A stretch of 64,000 nt of DNA, from contig NC_134027.1 in the NCBI RefSeq assembly GCF_964204645.1, forward strand, positions 3,008,485 through 3,072,484, given 5' to 3'. This document shows positions 57,181 to 64,000 of the stretch, piece after piece. This DNA is from Tubulanus polymorphus. Lineage: Eukaryota; Animalia; Nemertea. Position 1 is the stretch's first letter, and the number at the start of each line of letters is the position of its first letter. The notes beneath the pieces were generated by a model. The model had not been told where the DNA came from. It searched no databases and saw only the letters and a list, made by a program, of their open reading frames with translations. A program made the translations under genes and the position numbers.

Positions 57181-57917
57181 CAATGTTGAAAGATGTTTAG
57201 AAGTTTATTAAACCACGCTTCATAATTACCCGTCATTTAATTCATTTTATACTTTATTTATAATTGATTGATGTCCTAATGATCTAAGCTTGAATAATAA
57301 ATGAAAGCGTGCAGGAGCTCATAGAATTGTTTTATTTTCTCCGAGGACGATCATCTGAGGATCTTCTGTCGTGATTCAGCTACATTTTCCAGTTAAACTA
57401 AGAGCCTTTTTTGTGGACTCTGCTTTATGAGGAATTGAGTATCGCCGGTTCGGTTGTGTTCAAATAAAAAGTTTTGCTTTTCATGCGTGTGTCTATGCGT
57501 ATGAGGGCTCCGATAATATCAAAATCTCGAAATGCATGGAAAGACCAAAGAGCGGCTCCGAGTGAACGCGAATGTAAAATGCCGCGTTATATCGGTTTTA
57601 AACTGACGCCGATAGTTCTTCATTGACTCGGAATTTGGTGTTCTATTAGATCATTTCGTTTAACTCAGAGGGTCATTGCTATAGCGGTTCATCCTACGGC
57701 TCACGAAGACTAATCCGGTCCTGCTTCGGGAAATGCTATTACAAAAACATAAACTGAATCGTGATGAAATTAAGCCGAGCATCATCGGGTTAACACATAA
57801 ATGCCTGATTAAACCGTTTATAGCTATCGGCTTAATAATGAGTAATTATTAAAATAGGCCGTCGCGGGGATAAACCCGCTATCATAGTGGTACGGCCGAG
57901 TTGCGTATAGCGAGAGT

Positions 57918-59063
57918 ATGTCGGCGTATATCAGGAGTGTTATTGTCGACTTGCTTGCTGGTTAGTATTCTATTTTTTTGCATTTTCTCTATCAAATCAC
58001 TAGTTCTGGGTGACATAATAAATGACATTTCAGGGATTGGAAAAACGTGTTTTCCACGCGCTATAAACACGGAAAACAAGTCGGTGCAAACATGTTTTTA
58101 TGCAGGTATACACAACATTGCTATACGTTATCATGTCTTATTGTGTATCATCATAAAAAATGATTGTAAACCAATATGCCATTATTCTTGTACTTCAGTC
58201 ATCGTCGCATTTATATTCTTCTCTAGTCTCCCGATATCGATGCTGGTAATAGGTAAGTTGTCGCATCAGCAATTGAAAATAAACTAACATCGTGCAGTTT
58301 TGGAAATGATGGTATATTTTTTCATCAGGAGCTCAGTATATCGACCAATGCCCGGGAGAAAGGATGATCCCCATATATTTGTTAGTTCGAGGAAGTCTAG
58401 AAATAATCCTACTCGTGTATGTTTGCATAAACCTGATTATATGTAAAATGGAGAAGCTACACGTTGGTACTCTATCACGTTGTTGCGTTTTCACTTTCGC
58501 TACATTGATTATTCTCTTGCTGATCATCTGGTTATTCACAGGTAAAGTGGAATAAAAATGTTGATACGTCGTGATTTTCTTTCTGATCTCTCTGTACGAG
58601 CGTCTATTTCGTTTCTTCGTGCTACACGGGTGAATGACTAAATCTGCGTGTGTGGATTTCGTATTTTTTGGATGTTCGTTCACAGAGGGAAACAGAAACT
58701 AATGTGCAAGTTGAGCTATGTGACGAACTTATATAATTTTCTTGATATCGCTATATGGTTGTCTTATAAGTCTATATTCGTGTTGTAGGTATATATTGGA
58801 TCAATCGTTCCACTATAAATCATGATGACCAGACGAGTTATACGTATTGCCACGCTACAGTATACAGGTTCGCATCATGGATCACATATGGATCGCTTAT
58901 CTTCGTGTCATTGCTTATCATTATTGCTTGCGTAGGATGTTTTTGCTGTCACAAAAACGCCGGGATTGATCGACCAAAAGAAAAACATCATCCTCAACGC
59001 AATGTTGAATACATTGTCGGGAACGTCGAGAAACAAGCCAATCCACCACCTTCAGATATTTGA
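57918..59063 (+). CDS. TMEM272-like multi-pass membrane protein
   Basis: Exons 57918-57960, 58034-58105, 58199-58252, 58329-58541, 58789-59063 (all phase 1; the first two are less certain). Motifs LPISMLVIGAQYIDQCPGERMIPIYLLV, IIWLFTGIYW, YCHATVYRFASW; four hydrophobic segments and a Cys-rich juxtamembrane tail. Confidence 0.75.
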
Positions 59064-59282
59064 AATACAGTGAAAAGTAAAAAGACTCCCTTGGACGAAC
59101 TTTAATTGTTGAAGTCACATTATTTTTCACCTACATTCAAACTTTATTAAGTACCTAATATTCATTTTTTTCACGAAGTATTTTTTAATTCAAATTTTCA
59201 TCGAAGTAATTTTTTTTCAAATAACGTATAAAAAAGAAACGTGTACATGAGATTCAGCAAATGAATTTTTTCCAAAGATTGT

Positions 59283-60905
59283 TCAAGATACAGCTATAAA
59301 GTATTCGCCATCGTCTGCCTCGTAAGCCATTACAATATGGCCGCACGTGAGATTCAAGTCGTACATAATGTACGGAAATGTGTGGATATCTTCAACGACA
59401 GCAGGCCTATAATCAGCTGTCATATCTTTGATTCTTAATAATTTACAATAACCCGGTCTATCAGGTTTCAACACCTTTATCTGGCTGGCCCCGACGTTGA
59501 AAGCAAAAAGAAGGGAGGATAAAGCGTTATCAGGGAAGAGAGTAACGATATCCCGCGCACTTCCGATTTCCCAACTGATTTTGTCGAAGTTTTTGTACAC
59601 AAGACATGATTGAGTATTCCAGCAACTCGTACGTAGTGAATATGTGTGCAAAGTCGGGTATTCGTAAGTGATCGTATACAGGGTCGAACCAACTACGCAG
59701 AGCTTCTCAACTTGATAACTAGTGACGATAAAACGACATGTTCGCTGAAGCACATTTCGATCGTTTGAAAATGGTACCAAAACGATACAGTCCTTACAGC
59801 CGATACACAGCTCCTTGGAATATGCGACGATACATTTTGGAACTTGGCATATCATGTCGATAGACGTTGAACCGCCGGCGGAGTATGTTCCATCATCTTT
59901 CCTCTCATAACGATCGATTATCGAACGATTTTCATTGAGTGTATAAAAATCTCCAGATGTCGGATCAAAAGTTGCGTCGATCAGTTTTGACCTGGAATTA
60001 TACCACTTCCGAGTTTCAATTTCCTGAAAAACGAATAAGAATGTGCTCTCTTCGTCATAGCGATACAATTTACACTCGTTTTCATCGTTATCATCCACGA
60101 CAGCTATAATATTCGAGTAGGTTCTGACAAAAAGTGGCTTTGATTCTAGTTGAATGGCATTCTCTCCTAAATGTTGAAACTCTAATGAAAATTTTCCGTC
60201 ATCATCTGTGGTATTACCACTGGCTTCTTGAAACTCGAAAGACAATGTGTTGTCATCTGTAATCCTACCACTCGCTCCCTGCAACTCGAATGACAGTTTG
60301 TCATCATCTATTACACCCCCACATGCTCCCTGTATGCTGGTTTCGCTGTCATTTGGTTCTACAGAACTCGGAATAGCTGCTTTAAGATTTGTTTGCTCAC
60401 ATTTTGTCTCCAATCTACCAAAAAGTGGCTCAACATTCAACGAACATAAATTGCCTTGTTGAAATGTTTTGATCGTCGGACCAGCTTTTTCAAAGGAATC
60501 TACTTGGTTTTCGACTTCTTCCGAAGCGCCAGTCAAAGACTTATCAACAAACGATGCCAATTCATTATCGGGTAATAAGGAATCAACTCGATCAAATAGA
60601 CCGATCTTTAGTCTGTATTTTTCAAGTTCGCTGAGAATAGTTCTTTTCGATCTTTCCAACGAAGCATACTGTTCGTTAATTGTATTTAAAGCTGAAAGCC
60701 GCGTGCTGTTGATTAATCCGTTGATGTACGTTGCCCTTTCTCCAACATCCCTCGCCAAACTGATAAAATGTTCCTCTTTTTCTTTAGCAATATTTTCAAG
60801 ATTAGACAGTATGTTTACTGAACGTTCTTTATGAGCGTCCAAGACGTCGGCAAACAGTTGTTGTTCTTGGTTATTATCGTGTGTATCAAGTTGTCGCTGA
60901 GCCAT
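59283..60905 (-). CDS. Uncharacterised protein of about 540 aa; N-terminal coiled coil plus beta-rich (possible propeller) C-terminus, reminiscent of TRIM/NHL-like proteins lacking RING and B-box
   Basis: Single long ORF; ATG at 60905 just after a tttcag acceptor (60916-60917). The domain call is inference. Confidence 0.7.
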   Translation of the reverse strand: MAQRQLDTHDNNQEQQLFADVLDAHKERSVNILSNLENIAKEKEEHFISLARDVGERATYINGLINSTRLSALNTINEQYASLERSKRTILSELEKYRLKIGLFDRVDSLLPDNELASFVDKSLTGASEEVENQVDSFEKAGPTIKTFQQGNLCSLNVEPLFGRLETKCEQTNLKAAIPSSVEPNDSETSIQGACGGVIDDDKLSFELQGASGRITDDNTLSFEFQEASGNTTDDDGKFSLEFQHLGENAIQLESKPLFVRTYSNIIAVVDDNDENECKLYRYDEESTFLFVFQEIETRKWYNSRSKLIDATFDPTSGDFYTLNENRSIIDRYERKDDGTYSAGGSTSIDMICQVPKCIVAYSKELCIGCKDCIVLVPFSNDRNVLQRTCRFIVTSYQVEKLCVVGSTLYTITYEYPTLHTYSLRTSCWNTQSCLVYKNFDKISWEIGSARDIVTLFPDNALSSLLFAFNVGASQIKVLKPDRPGYCKLLRIKDMTADYRPAVVEDIHTFPYIMYDLNLTCGHIVMAYEADDGEYFIAVS

Positions 60906-61464
60906 AATTCGATATCTGAAATAGAAAAAAGTGAAATACACAATCTACATGCACAGAGCTTGTCGATAAAGCCCTGATGTAAACTACGGTACATGTTCCG
61001 ATGATACCCGTAAGTTCGGCCGGCCACAACTCAAGACGAAGCCGCGAAATGCACGCAGCAAATCCCTCGAAGCTTGTAGAAATTTTGAATCCAACAATAG
61101 TCGGCTCAAAATATGGTGGTTAATTAGCAACTACAAATGATCTTGTACACTTTTTAGTCCGGAAATTTCGAGACGTTTGGGCCGATTCAGTCATTTATAC
61201 CTCCGAGCGGCGAATCAGTCTGGTCGAGTATCAGTCTGAGTACGACCGACGTGTATCGGTTATGTGTAATGGCACCTATCTATTTGATATAGTTATCGTC
61301 ATGGTCGATACTTTCGAACGTCACTAGTAACGGGCCGCTAGGTCAACTCGGTGCCGGCCGTAGAGACAGACCAGCCCTGGCAAGCAAGTCTATTTTAGCT
61401 AAAATGAGGTTACGAGTGGTATCGTTATTGACGCGCGACACTCAATGCACGGTGGCGAACCAAA

Positions 61465-62349
61465 ATGGAGGATCAAGAACAGGTAAAATGTATTTTTTGC
61501 CAAAATTATGATTTCCAAACGATTTTGGAGTCAATTTATTTATAAAGTAATTCTGTAGGTTATTAGAGTGATTGCATTTTTATTAAACATTAACAAAATA
61601 CATGTGAATCTATTGACTTTCTCTTTATTAAGGCGGATTCATTCATATCTAGCTGCACCACCAGGGCGGCGTTGTTATTTATAGTTTGTTTCATTTCGTT
61701 TTTAGCAAGCTCCTACAAATACAGTTGAGGAACCTCTAGACTTGATACGATTGAGTTTAGATGAACGAATTTGTGTAAAGATGCGCAATGACCGAGAACT
61801 TCGAGGAAGGTTGCATGTAAGTTGAATAGGCTAATCAATGTTTTTCTTTCGATGTGTTTATTGTCATTGATGTCTGTCTGATGGTATGAATTTGTATTTT
61901 AGGCTTATGATCAGCATCTGAACATGATTTTGGGTGATGTGGAAGAAACTGTTACCACTATTGAAATAGATGAAGAGACATTTGAAGAAATATACAAGGT
62001 AGGACCTAGATATAAATCATTGTTGGTGAAACACTATCTGCGTTGTAATGACGATATAAAGATTGTTTCAGGAATACTACAGTATTCATGATGACCATAA
62101 TATAAAGTTAGAATGTTGGATTAACTGCTTGCTCAAAAATATACATATTAAACTGTATTTTCATCTTGTTGTGTGGGACTTTCACGACTGACTATCACAA
62201 TCATCGCAATCATTATTATGACAAAATCTTTTCTTCATTGTTGATTTTTCATTATATTAATTTTTCAGAGCACAAAAAGAACGATACCGATGCTGTTTGT
62301 GCGTGGAGATGGTGTAATTCTCGTGTCTCCACCCATGAGGAATGTCTAA
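61465..62349 (+). CDS. LSM3: U6 snRNA-associated Sm-like protein LSm3, 101 aa
   Basis: Exons 61465-61482, 61706-61816, 61903-61998, 62269-62349; [46 protein letters not shown]...[15 protein letters not shown]. Confidence 0.97.
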
Positions 62350-63424
62350 TTGGTCGTTATTAGAACCGCATTCAAACCTATATTGTCTTCATCGTATGCT
62401 GTAAATATATATTCCATGCATTTTGTAGAACGACACATTTGTAATAAAAAATCAAAGAATATTCATTCCATAGATTCTTTTTTAAGATATTTCTTGGTGG
62501 TGTTTAGCCATGGACTCGAAAACGATTTAGAATCCACAGTTTACCTGATAATGTTCAGGGCTGTGGAACTGGATTCCGAACTATGGAACAAGGTTCAGTT
62601 AATTCCAACCAACTTCTGAACAACTGGCTCCAAACTGTTAATATTTCACCACTGAGTTGACTGGTTTTATCTTAACTAGAATGACCATATCTTAAATTCT
62701 TTACTAAGGCTAAAAAATGATCTCATGTTTCTCCTAATCGGGTAATTTTGTCAACTATAATAAAATTTGCAATCGGTTCAATTCCATTATGGTTAGCTTT
62801 GATCATGATTTTTAAAAAAAGTAATGGACAGGGTACTTAGACGGCAGGTTGGGTCAACTCGGCAGAAATGAGAAACAAGGCATCAATTTTTTCATCCTAT
62901 ATTAGATTATAGAAGGAGAAATCTTATGACCAAAAGCTATTTTTACATCAGTTAAGAAAATGTATTTTTTATTTAATGAATACTTTTTTACAATCATATA
63001 CGTATAGGTTTTAGAATATAACTAAATATCATACGGCTTCATATATATATTTCATTTATTTATATATAATATACAATAATCATTATCAAAACATTTATAC
63101 ACAATATCAAACCTTCACTTTCATTGAGAAATCTGCAACTCTTGTAAGAAGTTCAATTAGAATAAAATAACCCTTTTTAGAATAACTGCAGACGCTTTAT
63201 GGAGACAGTAACTTTAGACAGTGTGACTTACAGTCCACGGAATGTCATATATATATATGCCCATTTATGACTAATAGTCTCTAGACAAATTTTCCGTCCG
63301 TCCGTACTAAGTAATGATGTGTTCCATTTTTACACGCTTGTTTTTGTAAGTTAAATTGAAACTAATAAAACGAATGCATTATTTATATACATGTAGTTCC
63401 ACTTGGTGCAATATCGCCAGTAAC

Positions 63425-63455
<31 letters not shown>

Positions 63456-64000
63456 CGTGTAGTTTTACATAAACAGTCCATTTCATCAATAGATACAAAT
63501 ATCACTTCCACACGTTTTTAGACCTGTTCACATGTATCACAAGTATTTTGGTAAATTGTCCATTTGCACAATCAGGTAAATGCAAACGGGATAGCTCGCT
63601 GCTATTTCCAACCACTCGTGATACAAAGTGTCATCACCAGAGCAACAATGTACATAAACCATTTCGGACGAACGCTGTTTCCATGGTTACATCCGTCCGA
63701 ATGGCACGTTGTCATGTAACCATGGTACAACGTACGCTCGATAATAAATTGTCCGAGCTTCACTTGGCGTTCTGTTATTCGACCAATCGAACAGCGACGC
63801 ACTAACATTTCGAGACCATCGCTTTCTGAAGAAGATAAACATGAAATGTCAAACTCAGCTACTAAATCTAAAGCGACAGTGTATCATTAACATCTACGTT
63901 GCAAACATTTATATACGGCACTTTGACGCGCTGATATTTATATAACATATTTACATAAATTTATTGTTCAAACGCGAGAATAATTTGATTTTGCGTATTC

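Noticed and set aside
57761-57810. GTGATGA...CTGA as a C/D-box snoRNA
   Set aside because: Only about 50 nt, apparently intergenic, with no independent terminal stem or recognisable rRNA guide.
62700-64000. A further gene at the right edge
   Set aside because: AT-rich with (TA)n runs and a minus-strand AATAAA near 63056; it looks like the 3' UTR of a gene outside the window, and no coding exon can be supported.

Overview
AT-rich, intron-containing animal DNA; the gene content suggests a protostome, probably lophotrochozoan, invertebrate (inference). I reconstructed eight protein-coding genes by hand from GT-AG junctions with consistent exon phases. They are: the 5' part of a Plexin-B-like gene (minus, 10 coding exons, continuing past the left edge); an optineurin/NEMO-family gene (+); TMX3 (minus, 14 exons), whose intron 9 hosts an antisense two-exon fibrinogen-domain (angiopoietin-like/FReD) gene; PFDN4, head-to-head with TMX3; a TMEM272-like membrane protein; an uncharacterised coiled-coil plus beta-rich protein; and LSm3. 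The introns hold MITEs (some nested), tRNA-derived SINE-like heads and microsatellites. The most notable non-coding element is a 352-bp-period unit bounded by 79-bp direct repeats (25480-25910) that contains a minimal type-I hammerhead ribozyme motif. This is a candidate non-LTR retrozyme or Penelope-derived circular-RNA element, with decayed relatives near 1.4 kb and 47.4 kb. All family assignments come from recognising motifs; no database searches were run.
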